34,797 nucleotides of DNA, taken from the IMG/VR virus record IMGVR_UViG_3300021185_000007, positions 1-34,797 of that record. One strand, given 5' to 3'. A program made the position numbers and the translations under genes. Below are positions 26,105-34,543 of this stretch, piece after piece. The stretch is from a virus. Its lineage: Duplodnaviria > Caudoviricetes. The notes below the pieces were generated by a model. It saw nothing but the letters and a program-made list of their open reading frames with translations. It was not told the DNA's origin and did no database searches. Positions within the stretch are counted from its first letter, which is position 1, and every line of letters begins with the position of its first letter.

Positions 26105-27187
26105 ATGGCTAGATATAAAAGAGATACAAAGGTAAACAATTTATTAATCACAGAAAAAACTTATAGAGTTTTCTATCGCATTAATGATAGGAAGAGAGAA
26201 CTAACTCTTGGTACTAGAGACATACCAATTAATGTAGCAAGAAACAAAGCACAACAAATACTTGGTGAAGTTGCACAAGGTATTGATCCATTAAATAATA
26301 AGAAAAGTGAAACACTTAATGATGTATTCCAGGAGAGATTGGAAGACCTATATAACCGTGGTAAAAAATGTGTAAGTAAAAACGACAAAGGAGAGTTTGT
26401 TGGAGAAATAGTTAGGTCTTGGAATAACGATATTAGAAAAACATTAGGAAGAGAACCTCTTACAAGTATAGAAACTGGAGACATAACCAGACTACATAGA
26501 GAAGTAAGTAAGAGAGCTAAATATCAAGCCAATAGAGTTGTTCAAGAGATAAAAGCAACTTATGAGTTAGCTATAGCATTGTCTTATACTAAGTTTAATC
26601 CAGCTAAATATGTTCCTACGCATCCAGAAAACAGAAGAAATAGACCTATTACAGATAAAGAACTAGCAGAACTAAACAGACAAATAAATATTAGAGAAGC
26701 TAAAATACATCCTAGGCATTTAAAATCTATAAAGTACATAAGATTGGTTTTACTTACTGGTGCTAGATGTGTAAGCGAGATTGGTAATGCCAAGTGGTCT
26801 GATTTAAAAGACAACAAATTAGTATTAAAAAACCATAAGACTGATTATCAAGGTGAGGATAGAGTTATACAATTATCAAAACAAGCTATGGCGATTATTA
26901 ATAGTTTAGAAAAAAAGGATGAATATATCCTTGGTGTTAAATATCCTTTTCATACATGGAGAGCTATTAGAGATGCTGCTGGTTGTCCAGATTTACAGTT
27001 TAAAGACCTTAGACATAACTTTGGTACTCTAGGTGGTGAGATAGAGAAACTAGAAGACGTATCTGGAATGATGGGCCACTCTAGTACAAGAACCACGGAG
27101 AGATATAGAAAGCTAAGAGATCAAAAGGCAGCAATATATAATCAAGAAATATCTGACTACATGACCAAGATAATGATGTCTAATTAG
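26105..27187 (+). CDS. int: Tyrosine integrase with N-terminal arm-binding domain
   Basis: YRI..RKRELTLG...ARNKA...GIDP arm domain; catalytic LLTGAR, HKT, KDLRH, MGHS and TTERY; start set by the RBS. Confidence 0.93.
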   Translation: MARYKRDTKVNNLLITEKTYRVFYRINDRKRELTLGTRDIPINVARNKAQQILGEVAQGIDPLNNKKSETLNDVFQERLEDLYNRGKKCVSKNDKGEFVGEIVRSWNNDIRKTLGREPLTSIETGDITRLHREVSKRAKYQANRVVQEIKATYELAIALSYTKFNPAKYVPTHPENRRNRPITDKELAELNRQINIREAKIHPRHLKSIKYIRLVLLTGARCVSEIGNAKWSDLKDNKLVLKNHKTDYQGEDRVIQLSKQAMAIINSLEKKDEYILGVKYPFHTWRAIRDAAGCPDLQFKDLRHNFGTLGGEIEKLEDVSGMMGHSSTRTTERYRKLRDQKAAIYNQEISDYMTKIMMSN

Positions 27188-27459
27188 TCTATTGGATTAC
27201 CTTCTGGGTCAACACCATAGACCATTTCTAATTCAAGTTCGATATAGTGAATAGCTTTTCGTAAGTCTTTCACTCTATCTTCTTTCTCTCTAGTCACATA
27301 CTTAACTACATTGGTTAAGTTAGGCGTTAGTCCATTGCTATACGCGTACTCTAAAGGTTGAATACCTTTATCTTTATAATGGCTTCCACCAATTTGTTTT
27401 TGTGTTGCTTTCATTCTAGCTCTGTCCCACTCTCCAGGAGTTACGTTATCTATACTCAT
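27184..27459 (-). CDS. DUF3310 protein (T7 gp1.7 / SaV-like)
   Basis: Q.GGSHY...IQP.EY...NVVKYV.R...DLRKA.HY.E; GGAGG RBS. Confidence 0.88.
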   Translation of the reverse strand: MSIDNVTPGEWDRARMKATQKQIGGSHYKDKGIQPLEYAYSNGLTPNLTNVVKYVTREKEDRVKDLRKAIHYIELELEMVYGVDPEGNPID

Positions 27460-27561
27460 TTATTCCTCCAAATTAATGATTAAATTTTATTGATAATTTT
27501 TCTGTAATTTATTTCTGAAGTTTAAATCTGAATAATATTTCTATTATTTTTGCTCAGTCAC

Positions 27562-27591
27562 TTGCTTTATTAAAATTACTTCGAGTAGAAT
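27562..27591 (+). promoter_or_regulatory. Putative promoter of the xis/replication operon
   Basis: TTGCTT-N18-TAGAAT; palindrome TACT-TCG-AGTA overlaps the -10. Confidence 0.5.
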
Positions 27592-27622
27592 AACATAATC
27601 CACACAGTAATAGGTAAACAAC

Positions 27623-27805
27623 ATGGAAGAAAAAATATTTTTAAATCAAAACGAACTTGCTGAGCGATGGGGAATGTCTCCAAGAACTTTAGAGAACTGG
27701 CGTTCACATGGCAAAGGCCCATCTTATGTAAAGCTAGGTGGTCAAGTTAGATACAAGTTTGAAGAAATCATAAAGCTAGAAGAAACATCACAAGTCGGAG
27801 AGTAG
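27623..27805 (+). CDS. Excisionase/AlpA-like HTH protein
   Basis: FLNQNELAERWGMSPRTLENWR..GKGPSYVKLGGQVRY. Confidence 0.9.
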   Translation: MEEKIFLNQNELAERWGMSPRTLENWRSHGKGPSYVKLGGQVRYKFEEIIKLEETSQVGE

Positions 27806-27806
27806 T

Positions 27807-28229
27807 TTGGTCAACGCGCGAAACAAAGGTCGCAGAGGTGAGCGAGAAGTTATTGATGAAATCAAAGAACTTTTAGGTATTCAATTAGAAGTTAACTACT
27901 CACAAACATTCGGTGGTGGCCACGACTTACTAGGCTTAGATGGTTTTGCTATCGAAGTTAAAAGAAGAAAAGTTATCACACCAGGAGACTTAAAAAACTT
28001 CTGGGAACAAACAACCACGCAAGCAAGGAAGGTAAGACTCTTACCATGCTTATGGTTTAGAGCTGACAGATCAGACTGGCGCGTAATGATAGCTAACACT
28101 TACGCACTTAAAAATAATTTATTTGAAATGGAAGATTTCAATGTTGCAATGAATATTTCTACGGAACTATTTGCATCATTAATAAGAGAGGAGTACGGAC
28201 TTGCCACACGCAATATTATCACCCAGTAG
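27807..28229 (+). CDS. Holliday-junction-resolvase-like PD-(D/E)XK nuclease
   Basis: RNKG.RGERE...GG.DL...FAIEVKR; TTG start. Confidence 0.8.
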   Translation: MVNARNKGRRGEREVIDEIKELLGIQLEVNYSQTFGGGHDLLGLDGFAIEVKRRKVITPGDLKNFWEQTTTQARKVRLLPCLWFRADRSDWRVMIANTYALKNNLFEMEDFNVAMNISTELFASLIREEYGLATRNIITQ

Positions 28230-28935
28230 TATTAATAGAATTATTCGTTGCCCTGCTAGTGCAAAGATAAATGCAGCTGCGGAACGTAAAGGTAGCATGG
28301 CAGCAGCCAGAGGTACTTCTACTCACGAAATGGTAGAAGCCTTACTTAAAAATAGATTAGATGGTATTTCTTTAGCTGACTATTATCTTGGTAGAACAGT
28401 AGATGTAGATGGTTTTAGTTTTGATATTACGCAAGATGACATCGACATGGCAGAAATCTATGTTGATTATATTAATAAAAGAACTGAAGAACTTAACGGT
28501 AAATTACTTGTAGAAGAAAAAGTAAATGCTCCAGATATAAACGATGACCTTTGGGGAACTGCTGATGCAGTTATCCTTGGCGAAGGTAATAGAATGGTCG
28601 TTGGCGATTTAAAGTCTGGTGCATGGGCAGTAGATGTTGTGATGAACGAACAGCTAATGTGCTACGCCCTAGGTTGCCTATCACGATGGGGCAATGAAGA
28701 TACAGTCATTGAAATGACAATCGTACAACCAAACAAAAGAGCCTTTCATAAAGATGGGCCTATACGAACTTGGGATATTCAAGCAGTCGACTTAGTTGAC
28801 TGGGGCTTGAATATTTTGAAACCAGCTTGTGATGAAGCAATGGGTGATGAGCCTAGCTTTAGTGCTGGAAATTGGTGCAAATTCTGTTCACACAAAGAAG
28901 TTTGCGAAACCTATAAATCCATGGAGGATAATTAA
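28201..28935 (+). CDS. DUF2800 / Cas4-like exonuclease
   Basis: HA.LSPSS..R...CP.S, GT..HE, GTAD, DLKSG, QL..YA and a C-terminal CKFC-x5-C. Confidence 0.88.
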   Translation: MPHAILSPSSINRIIRCPASAKINAAAERKGSMAAARGTSTHEMVEALLKNRLDGISLADYYLGRTVDVDGFSFDITQDDIDMAEIYVDYINKRTEELNGKLLVEEKVNAPDINDDLWGTADAVILGEGNRMVVGDLKSGAWAVDVVMNEQLMCYALGCLSRWGNEDTVIEMTIVQPNKRAFHKDGPIRTWDIQAVDLVDWGLNILKPACDEAMGDEPSFSAGNWCKFCSHKEVCETYKSMEDN

Positions 28936-28936
28936 A

Positions 28937-29236
28937 ATGGTAAATGAAAAGAAGAAGGAACAACCCCTCTTAAGTTTTCAAGATAAAGATGGAAACCCTA
29001 GAGAGATATTTGAGAGAGACTTAACTGATGCAACTGCGCCTTTGGTAGAAGAAATCAGCAGAGACTTACAAGCGGAGCAACAGTTGAGTGAAGCATATCA
29101 ATTAGCAACTAAGACTGTGCATCACATGGAAGCGGTAAGAAAAAATGTAGCTAACACACTAGAGAAGTTAGAAAAAGAATTACCGCCTTACAAAAAGCCT
29201 ATCAAGATAGAGGGCGTTACTAAGGAGATTAACTAA
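28937..29236 (+). CDS. Hypothetical coiled-coil protein (99 aa)
   Basis: Start moved to ATG 28937, behind GGAGG. Confidence 0.75.
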   Translation: MVNEKKKEQPLLSFQDKDGNPREIFERDLTDATAPLVEEISRDLQAEQQLSEAYQLATKTVHHMEAVRKNVANTLEKLEKELPPYKKPIKIEGVTKEIN

Positions 29237-30018
29237 TGTCTTTAGCAGCAATACAAAAGAAAGCAAAAGCAAAACCAAGTATTGTAATTATCTATGGCCC
29301 ATCTGGGTTAGGTAAAACAACACTTGCAGTAGGAAGTAAAAATCCTGTTGTCTTGCAAACTGAAGAAGGTTTGGGAATCTTAACTAACAACAGAGATATA
29401 CCTCACTTTCCATTATCAAAAGACTACGATACTTTTCACGGGTATTTAAAATCTTTAGTTGATGCAGATGAACTTGAATACAACACTTTAGTTATTGATA
29501 GTTTAGATTGGTTAGAGCCACTTATTCATGCAAAAACTTGTGAAGCACATAAACAACCTTCGATTGAAAGTTTTGGTTATGGTCGTGGGTATGCAGAAGC
29601 GTTGAAGTATTGGAGAGAGGTTCTTGATTTAGTAAATATATTAAGAAACGAAAAGAAAATGCGTATCGTTATGATTGCTCATAACCAAATCAAAGCATTT
29701 CACGATCCATCTACTGAGGCATACGATAGGCATGAACTTAAAATGCACAAAGCAGCAAGTGCCTTGGTACTTGAAGCAAGTGATATGTGTTTGTTCTTAA
29801 ACTACAAAAAAGGAACTGTAAAAGTTCAAGGTAGTAAAGGACTAACAAGTAAGACTGTTCAATCTGGAAGGATATTAGTGACCACTGAATCCCCAGCTTG
29901 TGTAGCCAAAAACAGATACGGATTACCAGAACAAATATCAGTCGTAGAAGAAGGCGATGACTTTATAGTTAGAGCTGAAAAGACGTGGACTGAAATTGGT
30001 AAACTGATTGCGAAGTAA
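29236..30018 (+). CDS. Sak4-like AAA_24 ATPase (single-strand annealing)
   Basis: Walker A GPSGLGKT, Walker B LVIDS, GYGRGY, IAH and AKNRYGLP; sits between the exonuclease and SSB. Confidence 0.88.
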   Translation: MSLAAIQKKAKAKPSIVIIYGPSGLGKTTLAVGSKNPVVLQTEEGLGILTNNRDIPHFPLSKDYDTFHGYLKSLVDADELEYNTLVIDSLDWLEPLIHAKTCEAHKQPSIESFGYGRGYAEALKYWREVLDLVNILRNEKKMRIVMIAHNQIKAFHDPSTEAYDRHELKMHKAASALVLEASDMCLFLNYKKGTVKVQGSKGLTSKTVQSGRILVTTESPACVAKNRYGLPEQISVVEEGDDFIVRAEKTWTEIGKLIAK

Positions 30019-30212
30019 TGGCAACTCAACAAGAAAAACTAATTTACTTTATGCGTAAAGCTAAAATTTTAGTTGAAGATTGTATGGATAAAAACGGAGA
30101 TGATGACCTTATTCTCCCGTTAGGTGCAAACAGAGTCTTAGCAGATGTTGTTGATGCCCTTGAAGAAGAAATAAGTCGAGCAGATGATTACGAGGAATAC
30201 GACCCTGGGTAA
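30018..30212 (+). CDS. Hypothetical acidic protein (64 aa)
   Basis: ORF track; TAATG coupling. Confidence 0.75.
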   Translation: MATQQEKLIYFMRKAKILVEDCMDKNGDDDLILPLGANRVLADVVDALEEEISRADDYEEYDPG

Positions 30213-30249
30213 TTAATTATTAATTGTTAAATTTTACGGAGGTAATAAC

Positions 30250-30747
30250 ATGGATTTAACAGAATTTGGTTTGGATAAAATAGAAGTCGGAGAAAGCTCT
30301 GGCGGTGGAGATAGGGTAAAGCCTGGAAGATACAACTTTGAATACGCTGGGTCAGAAATGATTGAGGGTAAGAATGGTTGGAAGGCTTTAAAGATTCACT
30401 TTGATGTAGAGGGCGAGATTATAAAAGTTAGTCATGCGTTCACAATGGCACACAATAATGACAAGCCTGTTGAGATAGGCAGAGAGTCATTAATGAAAAT
30501 GCTAAATGCAATGGGAGTAGCATCAATGAAAAACTCTGATGAACTTCTGGGTAAAAAAGTCGAAGGCGAATTAGTCGTTGGCGAGAAAGGTTATTTAGAA
30601 GTCAAAGATGACTTTGGTAATGGTTGGAAGCCTTATGGTTCTACTGCTACTAAAGAAAACGTAGACCCTAAAGACGTATTACCAAAAGAAGATAAAGAGG
30701 AAATGTTCCCTAGCGATGTCGAAGACGAAGACGACCTACCTTTTTAA
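30250..30747 (+). CDS. ssDNA-binding protein (DUF669-like)
   Basis: PG.Y motif; acidic tail ending DDLPF; follows the Sak4-like gene; GGAGG RBS. Confidence 0.8.
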   Translation: MDLTEFGLDKIEVGESSGGGDRVKPGRYNFEYAGSEMIEGKNGWKALKIHFDVEGEIIKVSHAFTMAHNNDKPVEIGRESLMKMLNAMGVASMKNSDELLGKKVEGELVVGEKGYLEVKDDFGNGWKPYGSTATKENVDPKDVLPKEDKEEMFPSDVEDEDDLPF

Positions 30748-31093
30748 TAATGATGATCTTAAGTATCGGAGGCCGAGTCTATGTTCATACTGTCATGGAC
30801 TTAGCTCTCCGCTACTTCATATCCGCAACGGCAAGATTAAAGGTGCCTGTTGTTATGAACATCTTAAATTTATTGGAGAAGGTAAAAAAATGGAGCAAAT
30901 TAAAAATTTCGCACAGATTAACGAGGAGCTGTTATCTGTTGCACTAAGTGATAGTAAGTCAACGTACCTAGAAGTTTCTAAAAAAAATAAATCCTTTGTC
31001 CTGCATGAATGGACTAAAGAAGACAGGATTAGTTTTATAAGAAGGCTTGTGTCAAGTTATCTCAATAACTCCAAGGCACAGGCTGATGACTGA
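30716..31093 (+). CDS. Hypothetical protein with putative Zn-binding motif
   Basis: CxxC...CCxxH; upstream of the primase; start uncertain (an internal GAAGG/ATG lies at 30890). Confidence 0.6.
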   Translation: MSKTKTTYLFNNDDLKYRRPSLCSYCHGLSSPLLHIRNGKIKGACCYEHLKFIGEGKKMEQIKNFAQINEELLSVALSDSKSTYLEVSKKNKSFVLHEWTKEDRISFIRRLVSSYLNNSKAQADD

Positions 31094-32945
31094 CTTAACA
31101 CAATTTTATGGAGATAAGGGCGTTGTTATAGATGACAACTATGCCTTTAGTAATACAAGTAAATCTAATGCTGACTTAATCAATGAGATGCGTTCTCATG
31201 GTTTGTTAGTTGATTATTTAGATACGACAGGGAACTTAGTTAGAGTTTCTGTAAGTGCTGGTCCTAACCATCGACCAGATAGGGGTGGTGAGCGTTCTGG
31301 GTATTATGTTTATAACCAGTTAGATCAAAACTTTGTGTGCGTTTATGGTAATTGGAGAACCAATTTAGAAAACAAGTTTACTTCTTATAATCCTAATGAG
31401 ATGTCTGCCGAGCAAAAAAGGGTATTACAAACCAAGCTGGAAGAGGCACAAAAGAGGCGAGAGGAGGCTAAGAAAATACAGCATGAACAAGTTGCCGTAT
31501 ACGTTAAGGAAAAGTTTGCTGGTGCGAATGAAGTTATAGAGCATAAGTATCTCACAGATAAAAAGATTAAAAATTATGGTTTAAAAACGATTAATGGAAA
31601 CCTATTAATCGGGGTGCATTCTATCATAAGAAATAATGATAATGGAATATTAGTTTCAGAAATAAAGTCACTTCAATACATCATGCCAGATGGCAGTAAA
31701 AAGTTTGCTGGAGGTGGTGAAGTTAAAGGAAATGTATTCTTAATTGGTTGTGAAGCGCATGAATTACCTGGTTTAGAAACAATTATTTTATGTGAAGGAT
31801 ATGCAACAGGAGCCTCTATATACGAAGCTACGGGTTTACCTGTCGCGGTGGTATTCTCTGCAAATTTCTGTGTCTCTGCGTGTACGAGATTGCGTTCTAT
31901 AACAGGTGCAAAGTTTATTATTGCACTTGATAACGATACATCTGGGATTGGCGAAAAATGTGCCAATGAAGTAGTCAATAGTATTACTAATGCAGTTTCC
32001 AGATTGCCCTCTATTATTGGTGATTTCAATGATTTGTATTTAGAGAAGGGATTAGAACAAGTTAAGTTAGAGTTAATAGAGTCTAAATTTAATATTAGAC
32101 AATATGCTATTCGCAACTTGGTTGAAGAACCTAAACCAATAGAGTGGTTAGTAGATAGTTTCATTCCTTTTGGTAAACCAGGCATCATTGCAGCTGTCGG
32201 TGGCGTTGGTAAGTCTTTATCAATGATTCAATTAGCTTTAGGCATTGCAACTGGCGGTGATTGGTGGGGTAAAACCATAAAACAAAAAGGCTCTACTGTA
32301 ATTTTTGCAGCTGAAGATGATCTTGGGGAAGTGCATAGAAGGATTGATGCGTTAGACCCATTAGGTTTACGTTTTCAATCCGAGTATGACGTTTATGTAT
32401 TTCCTATTCCAGAACAAAAAGAACCAATGATTTTATTAAGAGAAGAAGGGATTACGTCCCAGGCAACTGAGTTAGTAGAAGAATTAAAGACAATACCAAA
32501 TTTAAAACTGGTTGTATTTGACCCATTACAAGCATTTACGACTGGAAATATAAGTTCAAGCAATGAAGTTGGTCAGTTATGGGGTAGTTATTGTGCAAAT
32601 ATTAGCGCAAGGATAGGTGTCACAACTTTAACAGTTCATCACTTGGCAAAATCGGCCCTTACTAATGACTCAGATGATGCGCTTTCTCACAGAGCAGAAA
32701 TTCGCGGAGCCTCGTCCATCACGGACTCAGTTCGTTTTGCTATCGCAATGTGGTTAGCGGATAACGATACTTGCGAAAAGATATGCTTGGAGCAAGGTAT
32801 TGAAGTAGACAGAATGGCAGTTGTAAAAGCCAGTTTAGTTAAAAGTAATTCTGGAAACGTAGATTATGCGACCAAAACTTTGGTTAGACGTGGTGCAGTT
32901 TTAGAAATTTTAGATCAAAATAAAAAGTCCTTTGATTGGGACTAA
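31086..32945 (+). CDS. TOPRIM primase fused to a RepA-like (AAA_25) helicase
   Basis: SLQYI.PDG.KKF, CEGYATG, ALDND and DFND (P4 alpha/TraC-type primase); Walker A GGVGKS, Walker B VVFDP, VHH..K, RGASS and KSN. Confidence 0.92.
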   Translation: MTDLTQFYGDKGVVIDDNYAFSNTSKSNADLINEMRSHGLLVDYLDTTGNLVRVSVSAGPNHRPDRGGERSGYYVYNQLDQNFVCVYGNWRTNLENKFTSYNPNEMSAEQKRVLQTKLEEAQKRREEAKKIQHEQVAVYVKEKFAGANEVIEHKYLTDKKIKNYGLKTINGNLLIGVHSIIRNNDNGILVSEIKSLQYIMPDGSKKFAGGGEVKGNVFLIGCEAHELPGLETIILCEGYATGASIYEATGLPVAVVFSANFCVSACTRLRSITGAKFIIALDNDTSGIGEKCANEVVNSITNAVSRLPSIIGDFNDLYLEKGLEQVKLELIESKFNIRQYAIRNLVEEPKPIEWLVDSFIPFGKPGIIAAVGGVGKSLSMIQLALGIATGGDWWGKTIKQKGSTVIFAAEDDLGEVHRRIDALDPLGLRFQSEYDVYVFPIPEQKEPMILLREEGITSQATELVEELKTIPNLKLVVFDPLQAFTTGNISSSNEVGQLWGSYCANISARIGVTTLTVHHLAKSALTNDSDDALSHRAEIRGASSITDSVRFAIAMWLADNDTCEKICLEQGIEVDRMAVVKASLVKSNSGNVDYATKTLVRRGAVLEILDQNKKSFDWD

Positions 32946-32957
32946 GGAGTAAATGAA

Positions 32958-33089
32958 ATGAATGGAAAGGGAAGTGACCAACGACCAAGACAAATAGATA
33001 AGAAAATATTTGAGGATAATTGGGATAGAATATTTAGTAAGAAAAAGACCAAAAAAGAGTCTAAAAAAGACAAAAAGAAGGATACTTAA
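32958..33089 (+). CDS. 43-aa basic micro-protein (GKGS..RP...F.DNWDRIF)
   Basis: Hand translation: MNGKGSDQRPRQIDKKIFEDNWDRIFSKKKTKKESKKDKKKDT. AAGGAG RBS. Confidence 0.75.
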   Translation: MNGKGSDQRPRQIDKKIFEDNWDRIFSKKKTKKESKKDKKKDT

Positions 33090-33091
33090 TT

Positions 33092-33164
33092 GGGTACCCA
33101 TATACCCAATAGCAGGGTACCCATATACCCAATGATTGACCATACGGGTACCCATATATCCAAG
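33092..33164. repeat. Three 19-bp direct repeats (putative origin iterons)
   Basis: GGGTACCCATATACCCAAT at 33092 and 33115; GGGTACCCATATATCCAAG at 33146. Confidence 0.85.
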
Positions 33165-33176
33165 ACTAGACTAATA

Positions 33177-33205
33177 GAGAGAGTGAGCCTGTCGGCTCAT
33201 CTCTC
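33177..33205. other. Hairpin next to the iterons
   Basis: GAGAGA-G-TGAGCC-TGTC-GGCTCA-TCTCTC; no U-tract. Confidence 0.6.
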
Positions 33206-33298
33206 AGGGGTAAAAAGTATGAGTAATATTTAAGGATAATGTTGGGTTGTAATACTATAACTAATCATTACATGAATCGTGAAAACTTTAGGAGCAAA

Positions 33299-33664
33299 AT
33301 GAAACAGTTAGAGAGCAGAATGATAGAAGCGAGAGATGAGTTTTACAGGAATAAGCGGAGGAAAGGTTTCATGGCGTTCTGGTGGTCTGACCCGTTGCAT
33401 TATTTATTGGTGTTGGAAGTTGCTATTGCTGACGCGAGTAGCAAAAGCATTAATTTTGAAACAATAGTGAAACTATTGCCAGGAAGCATGGGGAGTCGGT
33501 CAACGGTGGCAACGGTGTTAGAGGACTTTGTCGCGAGAGGGTATATGTGCAAGGACGTAGGGAAGGATAAGAGGGAGAGAGTCTATACGATTTGCAAAGA
33601 CTCGATGGTGTTAATGAATGAATGGTTTACGAAAAGGGATTTTAGTCTCAGGGCGGTTAGTTAG
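33299..33664 (+). CDS. Winged-helix (MarR-like) DNA-binding protein
   Basis: INFETIVKLL...SRSTV..VL..FV.RGY..K....DKR.RVY; AGGAG RBS before ATG 33299. Confidence 0.75.
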   Translation: MKQLESRMIEARDEFYRNKRRKGFMAFWWSDPLHYLLVLEVAIADASSKSINFETIVKLLPGSMGSRSTVATVLEDFVARGYMCKDVGKDKRERVYTICKDSMVLMNEWFTKRDFSLRAVS

Positions 33665-34102
33665 TTGAATAAGGAAAAGTGGTGGTTAGTCGTAGAAGCG
33701 ATTGAGACTCCAGAGAAGAGTGGGTTGATAACCTACGGTGTAGCCATGAAGTATAAGAGTTATTCGAAGCTGAAGAAGGTTGTCTGGAAGTGGTATAAGA
33801 AACATCTGGGCAGAACCGATTTAAAGGGTAGGGAGAAGCTCGTCTTGTATGCTTTGTGCGAGAGGTATTCGGCCCAGGATTATTCAAGCCATGATGCGGT
33901 TAGCTACTTGGCGTTAATGATTGGTATGAACAGGAAGACCGTTAGTAAAGGTATTCAAAATCTTATGGATCAAAATATTATTTGGTGTGCGATTGATGGG
34001 GAGAGGAAAGTGTTGCGAAGCCTAAAGAGGGGCGTTCAGCATAAGCATTTCTTATTCGTTGGTTTGGGCGTGATGTTGGAGAGAGAAAGCCAAGAAGAGT
34101 AA
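33665..34102 (+). CDS. Winged-helix protein resembling replication-initiator N-domains (HTH_36-like)
   Basis: L..REKLVL.AL...S.LA...GMNRKTV.K.I..L...II; TTG start. Confidence 0.75.
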   Translation: MNKEKWWLVVEAIETPEKSGLITYGVAMKYKSYSKLKKVVWKWYKKHLGRTDLKGREKLVLYALCERYSAQDYSSHDAVSYLALMIGMNRKTVSKGIQNLMDQNIIWCAIDGERKVLRSLKRGVQHKHFLFVGLGVMLERESQEE

Positions 34103-34149
34103 TTATACTTTAGGGGGTTTGAGATACCCTTCTCAGCCTTCGTGATTGG

Positions 34150-34374
34150 TTAATTATACCTTAAACAAGATTGAATGAATGAAGTATCTGCTTCATCATA
34201 CGTTTTAAAATATTCAATGTCTGAATAAACACCGCTTTTTCTTTTTGGTTCGTATTTATCGCCCTTGTATTCAAGAACATCAATATAGTATTTATTGCCT
34301 TCTTGTTTTAAAAGCACATAAGGTTTTTTAGTTTCTTTGTGCGTGATTCTGCTTTGTAATATTGTTTTAGTCAT
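34150..34374 (-). CDS. Hypothetical protein (74 aa), last gene of the leftward operon
   Basis: ORF track; converges on the HTH gene. Confidence 0.75.
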   Translation of the reverse strand: MTKTILQSRITHKETKKPYVLLKQEGNKYYIDVLEYKGDKYEPKRKSGVYSDIEYFKTYDEADTSFIQSCLRYN

Positions 34375-34375
34375 T

Positions 34376-34543
34376 TTAGTTATACCTGTCTTTTTGATAA
34401 GTTTCTTTAATTTGGTTTTTAGTGACTCGTCTTACTTGTTTGGTTTCCTCGTCAAGAAAAGCAACTCTTTTGAGATTATTTTCTTTGTAATCTCCTCGGA
34501 CGTATCCAAAAATTGTAGTTCCGTGTATTTGTACTCTAATCAT
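34376..34543 (-). CDS. Hypothetical protein (55 aa)
   Basis: Hand translation: MIRVQIHGTTIFGYVRGDYKENNLKRVAFLDEETKQVRRVTKNQIKETYQKDRYN. TAATG coupling. Confidence 0.75.
   Translation of the reverse strand: MIRVQIHGTTIFGYVRGDYKENNLKRVAFLDEETKQVRRVTKNQIKETYQKDRYN

Noticed and set aside
28201-28935. Cas4 as part of a CRISPR system
   Set aside because: No other cas genes or array; the context with Sak4 and SSB is the standard phage recombination module.
31673-32188. 171-aa antisense ORF within the primase
   Set aside because: Mirror frame of a conserved gene, with no RBS or recognisable motif.
33092-33164. Mini CRISPR array
   Set aside because: The intervening sequences are only 4 and 12 nt, far too short for spacers.
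34110-34135. Bidirectional terminator between converging operons
   Set aside because: Only about four Watson-Crick pairs (GGGT/ACCC) and no clear U-tract; plausible by position but not supportable.
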